Positions 25,299 to 37,578 of a DNA stretch of 64,000 bases are shown one piece after another. The notes beneath the pieces are model-generated. The model was not told where the DNA came from. It did not search any database and saw only the letters and a program-made list of their open reading frames with translations. Position numbers and translations under genes: made by a program. Source of the stretch: Perkinsus olseni. Its lineage: Eukaryota. Numbering within the stretch: position 1 is the first letter of the stretch; each line of letters opens with the position of its first letter. The stretch spans positions 1-64,000 of the forward strand of contig JABANN010000014.1 in assembly GCA_013115125.1 (NCBI GenBank), written 5' to 3'.

Positions 25299-28074
25299 TT
25301 ACTGAATTCTACTCATAACGATACGATCGTAGACTGGTGATTCTTGCCTCTTCCTCGGGCATGGTACAAAGACCGGGTTCTGGACTACTATCTTCTCATC
25401 ACTGTCCTCGTTTTCCGGATATGAAAAATCGTCTTGAGCAGAGTCGGGCATGGCGGCACCGTCCACAGTAGCCGTGATCTCTGCCGCCCGTCGACCTCCC
25501 ACCACACCAAGGATACTTTTCGAGTAACGCTGCATCGGCTGTGATAAGAGTACACCTGTTGTGCTTATCAGTATTATACCCCTCTCAGATTCATAAAAAG
25601 AGTAAAGGCCTCGATAAAATGAAGGAATGCTACTGGAGGACGGACTACCTGTTGTCTCAGAAAAGTCAGAGAGCCACTTTGGGACTGCATTTCTTCGAGA
25701 ACTCCAAGAGTCGTACACTCGTCGTATTGCGAATACCGTAACTCCCAAGAATCGCACTGAAGTGCGTAGGAGCGCATCAGCCAGAAAAACCCACACGATC
25801 ACCTGCGTGATCGGTGTCAACTTGAGTCTCTCCGCGTCGTCAACCTCATCATCGTCCAAGTCTGTTAACAAGGCCAAGGGATGGCCGGGGTCAATACAGA
25901 TGACGTACAGCAGGATGGGCAGGAGGTTCACGGCGCTGATGAAGGCCACCAACCACGAGCGTCCCTCCATCCGCATCGCCAGAGTCTCCGCCGTCCGAAG
26001 GTCAACAGGATTCGGGCCCGGAGTACCCCACGGTAAGACGTCACACATGCTCACACCATAGATGGTCGAGCCGAGGACTGAGGTGGTTGGGTAAAGGAAG
26101 GCCCATTGCAGGATGCATAGCGGCAAGACCTTGAAGGTAAGGCGGGAGTCGGCGAAAAGGAGGATACACCAGGCATACGAGAAGACCATAGCGAAGACGG
26201 CTCCCAGTGATAGATAGTACTTGGCGTAGATGAGGCAATATACTAGCTTAACCCACCCTAGGCCCCAGAGGATTCCCAGGAAAAGCGAACTTGATTGGAA
26301 TACCAACAGAACCGGTGGCGTGAGGTCGCCAACTCCCACACAGAGCTGGAACATGACTATCGAGTAGAGCAGCAGCGCACAGGCCAGCGGCACCTGTTCT
26401 TCCGCAGCGAAGAGCTCGGCTCCCAATAGAATGACAAAGCACATTCCCACCAGTGCAAGTAGAGAGACACAGACATCGATAAGTCGATAGACAAGCATTA
26501 GGGCACGCAGAGGAGAGGACCATGAGAAGTGGACCCTCTCCCATGCCGCATACAACCTTCGTGTTGCTTGGAAGATGGAGGATACATCCAGGCTCGAGGA
26601 TTCTATCAGTTTCTTATAGGAAAAGTCCCTGACATTCCGAAGCACGGAGTCCTTGCGCAATGGAGGGCAAACAACCGTGGCATTAGGGAGGAGCTCAGAT
26701 CTCCATCCGTCGACCACAGAGCTGAGCATCGTCCCACCATCGCTGACGTACATGTTGACAGCCAAAAGCCCTACTTGGGAGCTGTTACCTGCCTTAGTAA
26801 GGACAGTGAAATATTTCTCAGGGTCCACGGCGTCGAGACGGAAACCGCATAGGGAACCTTCCATCATTGATAGGGAGCCCCCTAGGCCGGTCTCCATGGT
26901 CGCGTCGGACACAGCACGCAAACGCTGGCGAAATAACCATGCGCAAAAGGCAGGGTTCCGCAGCATAGCAGAGGCTGTAGGATACTCGAGGAGCTGCAGG
27001 CTCTCTGGCGCGCATGTGTCGGCCGAGACGACACCGACTTTCGGCTTGCTTAGTCGGGCCAACATGACACTAAGGCAGTCCGCGGCTGGACACATGCCGC
27101 AGTCCATCGCGATGATAGGCAAACCACCCTCGTCTGACGAACGTGATGGCATGGACATGTTACTCAAGTGCCGGGCGACACCCATGATGGCCCATAGATG
27201 ACAGGACAATCGCGACGTGACCAGAGTACCTGCAAAGGGAAAACCTATACGAGAGGCAGACTCACTCTACCGCCGGCTCACCTGCCGAGCCCTTGTCCGG
27301 AGACTCCTTCACACAGAGTGCGAGGCGGACTGGCGGGAAATGGCCCCCTTGCATCGTTATGGTAGCTTCATAAAGATGCATACGAACAGGACGACCTCCA
27401 TCCACCGTCAGTGATCCCTCGTAGTACGCTAGACGGTCATCTGGTGTAACCCTGCTCGCCCTCTCCATCTCCCCATCCCTCTCCCAAAGCTGGGCAGGTC
27501 GGTGATACACGCCCATCCTCTCCAGTTCGCCCAGCACCGACGTCGAGCCGTTCTTCTCAAGGCTCTCGAACTCCTCTCGGCCATTCACTACCACGCACAG
27601 GACAACTCTATCCCACTTAGCTTGGCCCGAGTCTTCCAAGGTCGCCAAGTTTTCCATCACCGCCCGCAGCGTAGCGTTGAAGCCTTCCGCCGTGGAGCCC
27701 TGCATACCGCTTCCGACCGAAACAACAATTAGGAGGTCCACCTTATCGTGTGGACCATCCACGAACTTCATACGGAAAAGCGGTATTCTAGAGGCCTTCT
27801 CACTGAAGTAGGTCGAGTAGTAGTCAGAATGGAAGAGCTCCTCGATGCCTCTGGTGTCCAAGTAGAAGTTCTCATTATCGATGTTATAATGTAAAATGAG
27901 CTCCTCTTCACTTATCGTTATCGGCGTGTACCGGACCACTCGACTGTAGCTCAGGATGGGTGGCCGTAAATCGACGTAGGACCGAAATTGCGGGTTGCCA
28001 ACATCGATTCGGGGATGGCGAACCCCCCGCAAACGGCCACTCTCCTCTATCCCGCAGGACTGGCTCCTTAACAT
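25299..28074 (-). CDS. Chitin-synthase-like protein, copy 2 (~907 aa; exons 28074-27282 and 27229-25299), catalytic motifs degenerate
   Basis: RYTPIT, VLCVVVNGR, HLYE, PVRLALCVKE, CHLW, MDCG, NMYVSDGG, TM helices and DVLPWGT. A 52-bp GTGAGC..GCAG intron lies at 27281-27230. Confidence 0.85.
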
Positions 28075-28369
28075 TTGGCTGAGGGTTAGTAAAAACTGAG
28101 ACGGTAATGATGGTGAGAGCGAGGCGAACAAGGGAGGAAGTGGTGTGTGGAAAGTGTATTAGTGAGATAGATGGTAATTAGGGAAAGAGGACAGCAGCAG
28201 CAGGGCGTGTGACTGAGTGTGAGCAGCAGATGGCATGCAAACCACGCAGGACTTGGCTGAAGTTATGAAACAACGGTAACAATAACGGTAATGATATAAT
28301 AGTTCAACAACATGAGCACAACAACAGGGACAATAACAGTACACGAAGAAGAACGGGAGGAAAGGGCAC

Positions 28370-31106
28370 TCACAACGGAGGGAACATATCCTTATGTCGA
28401 GCAGGAGAAGGCACGAAGAAATCATCATCATACTCATCATCCTCATCACCGCCCGGAAGGTACGACACGTCGTAGCCGCTATCATCATCAGGAGAAGAAT
28501 AACTGGACTCTGGCGAGTCGGCGGCTTCAATGCCACTAGAGCCCAGCACCTTCTCAGGATCCTTGCTCTTGACCACGTCAAGGTCCATAACAACATCGTA
28601 CTGACTGATGCCCGACATCTCGGGTAGAGAGGGTTTGCCACCCTCTACAACAGACCGTGTGGCGCTGCCGAAGGTCCGAAGGGCTCTGGTGGAGGCAAAG
28701 GCCAGGATACCAATGGTGCGAGGAATGACCACTACGCCGAAGAGGTAACCAGTGAGTCCGAAAAAGACGTACTCATTGGCTGTACTAACATGCTTGAGGG
28801 TGCCCTTCTGTGTAGCTTGCCCCAATATCAGTGTGAACACAACGATGGGGAGGAGGTTGGCCGCCAGCCAGGCAGCGGTAAGCCAGGACCTGGTCTCCAT
28901 ACGACGGGCTTGAGTGTCAGCAGTCCGAGCGGCTAAGGGATCGGGACCAGCTGTGCCCCAGGGTAAGATATCGGCCATACAGACACTGTAGACCGCGGAG
29001 CCTACAACACTAGAGGCAGGGAGCATTAGGAACCATTGTACAACGCACAGAGGCAGCAACCATAGGACTTCAATGTCGCCCAGGAGGACCATCGCAGCGA
29101 AAGGGGACGTGCATACAGCGATGAAACCGGCCGATTCCAGTGGATGATAGCCATGAGCCAAGACGCACGAGAGGCGGTAGAATCCCAAAAACCATAAGAC
29201 GCCAAGAAGCAAGCATAGTATTCTACAAAACAGGACCACCCCTCGGGACAGAGTGTAACTGCCGCACAGGAGTTGGGACATGACGATCGATGCTATGAGG
29301 ATAACACAGGCGAACGGGAGTTGCAGATAGTCGTTGAAGTTGCTCAGACCTATGATCATGATAAAATCCAGTGCGACAAACGAGAATATGTCCGCGAAAA
29401 AGCTGCCAAAACGGTATATGGCGAGGAGTAGAGAGTTGCCGTAACCGGTACAAGTCGGGTCACTTCGAGCCAGCAGTTGCCGAATGCTCGCAGCCATAAT
29501 GAACGGAGACCAAGTGTCAAACCGAGAGTTCTGTATGAAGTCACGGAAAGTGAAAGAGCGAGCATTCTGTTCGAGCACTTCCTTTTTCATAGCCTTAGGA
29601 TTGTCCTTGGCACCGGGGAGCAAGACAACCGTACAGGACCCGTGGGCAGAGCTGGCCAGCATACTACCATCGTTCAATAAGATATTGGCCAGCAGCGGGT
29701 TCATACAGTCATTATTACCGGCCAAAGTGAGCTGTGTGAAGTAAGTGTCAGCATCCACTCTGTCTAGCCGGAATGCGCACATCGCACAGTTGACGTTACT
29801 CAGATTCCCACCTAGGCCGCTGTCCATAGCACCGTCAGTAGCGATACGGATCTTCTGGCGAAGTAGCCAGGAGGCAAGGCTCGGGTTGGACAGAAGAGTC
29901 CGTATGCTCGGAACACATGGTATTTGGTTACTGGCTGTGACTATAGTGTTGCCACCCACTATGGCTACTTTATCGCCCTGCAGCTTCTGATACATGAGTG
30001 AGAGGCAGTTGTCATCGGGACATACACCACAGTCTAGCAGGGCGACCTTAATGTCATTTCTAGAGGAAGTGACATTAGCAAAGTGCCGAGCAACACCTTC
30101 AATAGCCCAGAGATGGCAGGCCATCCGAGACGTGACGATTGGATCTAACACCAGCGTAGAAAGTGAAAATAACTTCATTCCACCACGCCCGACACTCCAG
30201 GAAGCGATCCAATAGAGAATTTTCCACATTTCCCACGTTAGACGCATTATACCAACCAACTTTCCCGCGCATCTCCTCCCCAATACTACCTGCTGAGCTC
30301 TGATCCGGATACTCCTTGACGCACAACGCCAACTGCAGCGGTGGGAACTCGTTGCCCTTCATTTGTATAGTACTTTCGTACAGGTGGACGAACACTTCCT
30401 TCCCTTTATCGACAGTCAGTCGGCCTTGCTTTAACGCCTCTCTATCCTCTGGGTATATTCTAGCTGCCCTGTCCAACTCCCCACCGGGCTTCCACAGCTC
30501 CTCAGCATTCATGTAGACGCCCATGCGTTGCAGCTCACTCAGAAAGGAGGCCTCATAGTCCTCCTTGGCCATCTCGAACTCGTTGCGGCCATCGACCACA
30601 ACGCAGACAACGACTTGGTCCCAGGCGATGAGACCGGAATCACACATCCTCTTCACGTTCCTCATAACACATATGAGTGTTGAGAGGAAACCATTGGGCG
30701 TGGCTCCCTGTATGCCACGGCCTACTGCTATTGCTATGGTAAACTTTACCGTTTGAGCCACGGACTCGACAAATCGCATGTGGAAGGGCCTAAGAGAGCT
30801 CCAACCACCAAAGAAGTCCCAATAGAAGTCGGTATCAAACATGTCCTGTATTCCGCGCAGGTCGATGCCCAGCTCAGCATACTCGACGTTACAGTGCCGC
30901 ACAAGCTCCTCATCTCGGATGGTGACTGGGGTGTAGCGGACGAAGTGACGATTGAGACGCTTCTTGGGGCAGAAGTCTATGTAGGAACGGTAGTTAGGGT
31001 TATAGGGGTTTATAAAGGGATGAGTGCATGATACTTCACTCAAGGAATGATGGGTAGTAGTAGCAGTAGTAGTCTCGGGGAGGCTGTCACCACGACGGAG
31101 ACGCAT
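28370..31106 (-). CDS. Chitin-synthase-like protein, copy 1 (~863 aa; exons 31106-30290 and 30144-28370), catalytic motifs degenerate
   Basis: RYTPVT, VVCVVVDGR, HLYE, PLQLALCVKE, CHLW, LDCG, ANILLNDGS, TM helices and DILPWGT. A 145-bp GTAGT..TTAG intron lies at 30289-30145. Confidence 0.85.
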
Positions 31107-31797
31107 ACATAATACCGTACTCTTTGAGAGACGACGACGGCAAAACGAGACAACTGAAACGACCATGCCAACTGTTACTAATACCACCACTACCACTCCT
31201 ATTCTCCCCACTACTACTACCGCCACCAGACCCCCTAACGGGTTTTCATGGAGACTAATCCACTCACTTGCCTGTCTCGGGAGTTACGTACCCTATGTTG
31301 GGAAAAACGTGTGGTGGAGAAGCTCCGGCGGCTCTATTCGCGCCTGAAGGATACAACGGACCCCTTCGAGAGGGTAAAAGGGCTCAGCATCTTGAGACCA
31401 AATGAGACGCACAGGTCAGTGACGCGGCGTCACCGAATCTTGGAAAATGGCATTCGTGAATCGATTTGTCAGCGGAGCGATGCAAATGCAAGCTCGCTGA
31501 TAAGCGTTGTTGACAGTCGCTAGTGTAGGCTTCTAGTACTTCCATCGTTACCATAAAGACCCGAAATAGTAAAGCTGGAATCTAGACTCCATTACGCGAG
31601 AAAACCATATTATTTGGATGTCCCAAAACGCGAATTTGATAATCACTAAGAACAATCAAGAGCCGACGGTCGTCAGCCAAACTCGCACTCATGAAAGGGA
31701 AGGATTAGGGGTTGGGCAACGGGTTCCGATCACGTACCGCGATCTCGAGTGGGAGCTGATCTCCTGTTCTTCAGTTATATTTCACCAACCCTTAGTG

Positions 31798-32168
31798 ATG
31801 TCAACAGGTAGCACTATTCAGCAACCGGTAGCATGTCGTTCAACAGTATTTGTCTGATCAGAAGTATCCGCCGCCCAGATGGCCATCGCTGAGATGCGTG
31901 GTCTCGCTGACACCTTCTCTCGTTTGACTGAGGCTTGCTACAAGAAGTGTATTCCCAATGTTAAGGAGGGCCAACTCAACGTGGGAGAGATGAGCTGCAC
32001 TGACAGGTACTCAATCACAATAAGGGAGCGACTGAACTCTATGCTCATATTCTTCCCAGGTGTGTATCGAAGTACTTGGATGTGCATACTTTGGTTGGCA
32101 CTGAGCTCAACAACATTACCCAAGAGGCCCAGCAAGCTCAGCAGGCGCAGCAGGCCGGCCAACAGTGA
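31798..32168 (+). CDS. TIM10: Mitochondrial intermembrane-space chaperone Tim10, three exons
   Basis: EMRGLADTFSRLTEACYKKCI..EGQLNVGEMSCTDR|CVSKYLDVH contains the twin CX3C motif. Confidence 0.9.
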
Positions 32169-32345
32169 AGCTATTAACTGATTCCCGAGGGCGGCCGCCT
32201 TCGAAATACCAGTACTACTGTTTCATTGCTCCGCTACTGCAGGCAAGGCGTTGAGTTACTCAGTCTAGGGGAATGGCCGGGTCGGAAGGACGGATTCGAG
32301 GATAACGATAACGGCCATATTCAACAGTTGCCAACTCGCTGTGTT

Positions 32346-33396
32346 ATGACTGAGGTTGTTGGGATAGAAAAATCCACTACAACTAACGGCAGCAGCAGCT
32401 CGGAAGGATCACCAGAGCCGATGGTGTCCACTGCTCCAGCCAAGGGTGCTGGGTATTGGGAGCTTCAACCACCCCCTCTCTTCCGGTACTCAGCCTGTGT
32501 CCGAGATCAGTGCCCTCAGTCACTGCTGCGTACAGGTACTTTCCGCTACGACAGTTCAAGCTGGCCGCCGGTAGACAAGATGGACATCACCAGTACGTCC
32601 ATCGGCATAGCAACAAGTAACCCTCCCACCGCCTATCGGAGCGGCCGCTAGCTCGTCTTGGCAGTATATTCTTGGTCGGAGCAGCTCCTACTCACGTCAT
32701 GTTTACTGAGAACCCCGGAGTCAAAGTGAAGTCCGTGAAGTACAGGGAGGGTATGACAACTACACAAGGTAAGACTACTCAGTACGGCGATTTCAGGCAG
32801 ACCGTTTTCTGCTACGACAAATTTTCCGTGTCACTTGCCGACGAAAATGCACGGTCTGCAGACCAACAAATTGGGCTATGTACAGTGAGGTTTACTCAAG
32901 TTGCCAATTTATCATGCTTCAGTGACTGGCAAGAGGAAGCGCGGGGCTATATCCGTGAACCCTACCACAGTACTGGCCGATGTCACCATGGAGAACGGCA
33001 AAGTTTACCCACTATGTGCATGCATCAGAGGCAAGTCGTGTCACCAGCCGTCACCACTGTCCATTCCGAAGTGCAATATCGTCAGGTGATATAATAGAGA
33101 CCAATACACGCCTCTGTGGTGATGACGCTGCCAAGCTGATGAGCCCGGATTATTGTGAAACCGAAGGCTTCGTCGCCATCCTCCTAGTCAAGCTCACTCG
33201 ATTGAACGACGGCAGGTAGTAGCAGATGGGCAATCCCCCCGCATCCCTCCCTAACCCTGTTGTTCTTCTCAGTCAAGGACTCATAACGGAATCTGAGTAC
33301 CTTGAGAAGTTCCCCAACGCTAGAGGGCCCGTTCGGTCTCGGTATCGCACCACTATCCCGGACGCTCTGCCCTCAGAGGATGATGATGATGATTGA
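32346..33396 (+). CDS. ABITRAM: ABITRAM/FAM206A (Simiate)-like single-hybrid-motif protein
   Basis: Spliced segments QYVHRHSNNIFLVG..H, VTGKRKRGA, YPLCACIRGDIIETNTRL and ETEGFVAILL match the FAM206A family. Confidence 0.8.
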
Positions 33397-33578
33397 TTAC
33401 CTCTACGTTTCTACCATTAAACTTAATTGAGTTACTCAGTACTCGGGGCTAGACACCACTGGAAGAAACCATGCATCATCATGCTACTGTGAATACAGTA
33501 ACACGGCCGTGCAATTGCAGGGAAGTCCACGATTAACACAGAAACTATCACAACAGTAGTGATGATAATGGCTCTACG

Positions 33579-35200
33579 TCAATCCTTAGCGTCCTGGATG
33601 CCCTTGTTGCAAATTTCGAAGACACAATCTCCCTCTGGGAGGTTGGGCGAGTCGATTATCTTCATGATCCTCTGCTCTCCCCTCCCCTTCCGAAGAGCGA
33701 TTCGTGTGGTACCTCGAAAGTCGTCATGCCGGTCCACGCCAGTGGCCTTCAGCAGTACTGTAATGAGCCAGTACGTGACCTCCAATAGGTTTGGGCGGGT
33801 TAGCTGCAAACGACATTGCCGCCGCCGGATCCGCCATCACTTGGTTCGTGATTACTACCGCCAAGTTATACCTAGAATTCCTTCTGTAACCACAGTGTCA
33901 CCACCAGCATCACCGGGACACTACTCTTCGCTGAGCTTCTGAAGTCTGCTCATAACCCTAGAAAGGAGCTGTTGTCGCTCAGCCAGGTCACCCCGTCCTG
34001 TGAAGTCTACTCGGAAGGGTCCCATAATACCTAAGGCTGATCCATCCTCAACACGAGGCCTACTTGAACCGTCTCACTGTCAACGACAAGAAGGGCATAC
34101 TTTTCCTCGGCCATCTTTGCAGCTACACAGAGCAACAGCTGCACCAAATGCTCAGAGTTGTAACAGCGTGCATAGATGATGTTGTCAAGGACCTGCTGCG
34201 GGTCGACCCCGAAGGCCTGTGCGATCTGCGTTATCCGGTCTGGACGGAAGGTGTTCTCAGTGTCGATGTAGCAGACCTTGCCGTTAGCCCCACCATAGGA
34301 CTGTGGCATCTGGGCGATGACGCTCAGGGAGTGACACAATTGAGTCTTGCCGCAGCGGAACTCGCCGAAGAACTCGGTAATGCTGCAGCTCTCGACACCC
34401 CCTCCTAGGAGCTGGTCAACCTTTGATGAGCCGGTCGAGAGACGAAAGCGCTTCTTGCACTTGGTACGGACAAACTCGCTGCCAGTGATGAAGCCCGCAC
34501 TGGTGAGCTTCCTGGCAGCCTCTTGTATCTTCTCAACCTTCTGTTCCGACAGACCCTTGATGCTGCACAGATCTCTCTTGGTTGTGTAGATGACAGCCAT
34601 CGCTGTGTTGAGCCCAGCTTCCTTGAGCTTGCGCAAGTCGGCCGCGTTAATACCTAGCGGAAGGCTTCCGGACAGTACTCAAGGTGAAGGGGTTGCCAAC
34701 CAGCATCCTGGAGTTTCTCTATCTCCTGGAAGTCGTCATCAGCATCATCCTCAACGTCCGAGGCCATATCCATGTGGACCTAACAAAATGGACTTGACAA
34801 GGGGAGGTGGCCATGAACTAGCCCACGTCTCCACTGGCATGAGCCTCAATAGGGGACGCAGCACCTAGGGAGAGGGCCGTGAGAGAGGGCTAAAGGTTTT
34901 GAGCAAGCCTACTGGCGGAGGGAGACGAAGCTGCTGGTGGCGATGGTAAACTTTGTGTTTGCGTCTTGTCCTTGCGAGGCCGCCCCTTGGCCTTGGGCTT
35001 CTCCACCGAGGTCTGCTTGGACGGGCTTGCCATCGACGCCACTGCCTGCAAGGATTTCCACCACTACCACCACCGCCGCTGGAGAAGTGATTCACCGAAC
35101 GTGATGAGGAATGCTGATGTTGGGGCGAGGAGCCGGGGCTTACCGCTGCGAAGTCGTCTTGGGTTGCAGTTGGTGATACTTGTGCGGCTACTGCTGCCAT
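33579..35200 (-). CDS. DMC1: Meiotic recombinase DMC1 with extended N-terminus
   Basis: [26 protein letters not shown], Walker [43 protein letters not shown] and [10 protein letters not shown] are DMC1-type rather than RAD51-type residues. The 5' exons upstream of 34780 are predicted. Confidence 0.9.
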
Positions 35201-35564
35201 TGATAATGAATACGTAAGAACCAACTTCCAGCTAACAATGGATAAAAATGTGAAACCAAAATGCGCTGATGAGCGGAGCGAGGCAAAAAGTGCTAGTTAC
35301 CCGTGCTTAGTCCCCTCTTAAAAGGCTGTAGCCATCGACGGTAGCGGTCTGCACACACCCATAATGCTGGAGCTCCATGCTCTGTCACTTGCTCGAGGGA
35401 ATATGCCATTCTATATTTCTGTACGTATCCTTGTGCTGATGGGGGACAGTCAACGTTACACGCGTGCAGTGAGAGGGCAAGGAGAATGAACAATAGCAGT
35501 TGAGTCGAGAAAAATGGAATGCCTCTTTCAGCTATTACCAGATTATACTGGAATTATTTTTTTA

Positions 35565-37306
35565 ATGAGCGGAGTTGGTCACGCGGTAGCAGCAGACGAG
35601 GTCCACAAGCACTTGTCGCACACCACTGCAGGATCTGATACATCTTTTCATGGCTCCAAGTACTAGGGGGCGGCGTAGAAGCTTACCCGAGTGGAGGTCG
35701 TTCTTTTCAGTGCCCCTTCTACTACAGCTCAGACGCCACTTCTGAGTGGCAAGGAGCACCAGCAGCAGGCGGCCATTTCGCCTAAGATCAAGCAAAGCTC
35801 GCTGGGGGTGACAATTGCGAACCTCATGAAGAACATCATCGGCGCTGGTAGAAGCTCCCCACTGGAGAACTGCAATCGAATTTTCCTTTCCTCGCAGGGC
35901 TGCTGTCGTTGCCTAGAAGTTTTGCCCTCACTGGTAATGTCCTTGGCACCGCTCTCATCCTTCTGTTCGGAGCCTGGAGTGCCCTTACATTCAGTCTAGT
36001 CGGGTACATGGGGCACAACACGGGTAGTAATGGCAGCTTCTGCGTCACTGGTGAGGTCATTAGCCGGGGCTCAGGCACAGGCGATTTTGCACAGCTTTGG
36101 AATATATGCTTCGGCAAGAGATCTGCCTGGGTCGTCGACTTGATCATGTTCCTCTGTACGGGCTGCTTGTGTCTCGGGTTCTCCATTATTGTAAGTGACC
36201 CTATCACCTTGGTAACCGTCTCTCTACTGTCCTCGCCCTTTTCAGATATGCGACTTCCTCAGTGAGTTCTGTATGAGTATTGGTCTGCCGTGGTGGGCCT
36301 GCACCCGTTGGTTCGTTGGTATCATCGCCCTTATCCCCATCCTTCCACTGGCTTATTCTAAGTATGACCTCGCTTACCCATACCACTCCCTCACCTACTC
36401 TCGCTCTTCAGGTCCCTGAATTCGTTGGGTTGGGTCTCGGTCCTCGGCCTGCTGGCTACAGCATATACATTCGTCTATGTCTTAGGGGACACCATAAACT
36501 TCAAAGAGGATGGTGGTGATGCCAACTACGGTCACCCTCGATCGAAGATTACTCTAATGACTGTGCTAGAGGTGAGCTACTGTGGTTATTACCACATTTT
36601 CACCTCATCCTGTGCAGGCCGTCAGTCTCTTCGGCACAGCTTATGTATGCCACTATAACGCTCCCAAGTTCAACACCCAGTTGAAGAACTCCACAGCTAA
36701 ACGCTTTAACGAGGTAGGCTCGATTTCTTACCTTCTGAGCATCGTCATTGTGGGTGCCTTCAGGTCTCTCTGGTCAGCTTCATCGGCTCCGGTTTAGTAT
36801 ACGCTGTATTCGCCTGGGCTGGCCATGTTCGATTCGGTGATAGAGTTAGCGGAGATGTGCTTATAGACTATCAAGGTAGGAAGGGGCGTAAAGATACGTT
36901 TCTCGCCGTCGATCGTCCTTCGTCAGGGCCCTCCGCCGGTATCGGTTGCATGCTGATGTGGCTGTTCATGGCCCTCTGCCTTATATGTGGCTATCCAGTG
37001 ACCTATCTCTCATCCCAGGAGTCTCTCTACAGACTGGGTGTCCATGTCCCTACATGGATCTATGTCTGCCTCCTCATGCTTGGTGGTATACTAATCCGTA
37101 ACCTATCATTCTTCCTAGCCCTCGAAGGCTCCCTCTTGGGGGTCACAGTGGGGTTCACTCTTCCTGGTGCGATGTTCCTAGCCCTCTATTACAAGACCAC
37201 ATGGGCTAGGACTCAACGTTCCATCATGTACTTCAGCTGGGCCAGCATTATTGTTGGTATTTTCTGTACAGTAGTGGGTGTGATCTCCACCTGCATCACC
37301 GGCTAA
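35565..37306 (+). CDS. Amino-acid transporter (Aa_trans/SLC38-like), copy 1; start approximate
   Basis: SSLGVTIANLMKNIIGAG|LLSLP, AYVCHYNAP, GYP and GFTLPG, with many hydrophobic helices. Confidence 0.85.
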
Positions 37307-37578
37307 AGTCTTGGATATCGTCCATCTCTGTCTAGTCTCATCTTTCTGTTCTTCCCCTGTCGCTCTTCGATGAATTCTGATCTCCACCCGTCACTTATGC
37401 CTTTCGGAATCGGTTGTTACCACCGGGTCTTAAGCTCTCTTCGTTTACCAACTTTTCCGAAGTTTCCTGGTCTAGCGTTCCCGGAATGGAGGGAACATTG
37501 TGGCTTTGGTGTATCAGCTTCCGGCTGTCTCGATCTGATCACGACAGTTTTTTTCATCGAACAACAGAACTTCATCCA

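Noticed and set aside
24249-30289. Programmed frameshifting or two-gene modules suggested by the split ORF pairs in each CHS-like locus
   Set aside because: A canonical GT-AG intron at the same codon position and phase joins each pair exactly in frame.
33579-34660. RAD51 assignment
   Set aside because: The diagnostic residues (KGLSExKVEKI, [17 protein letters not shown]) are DMC1-type.
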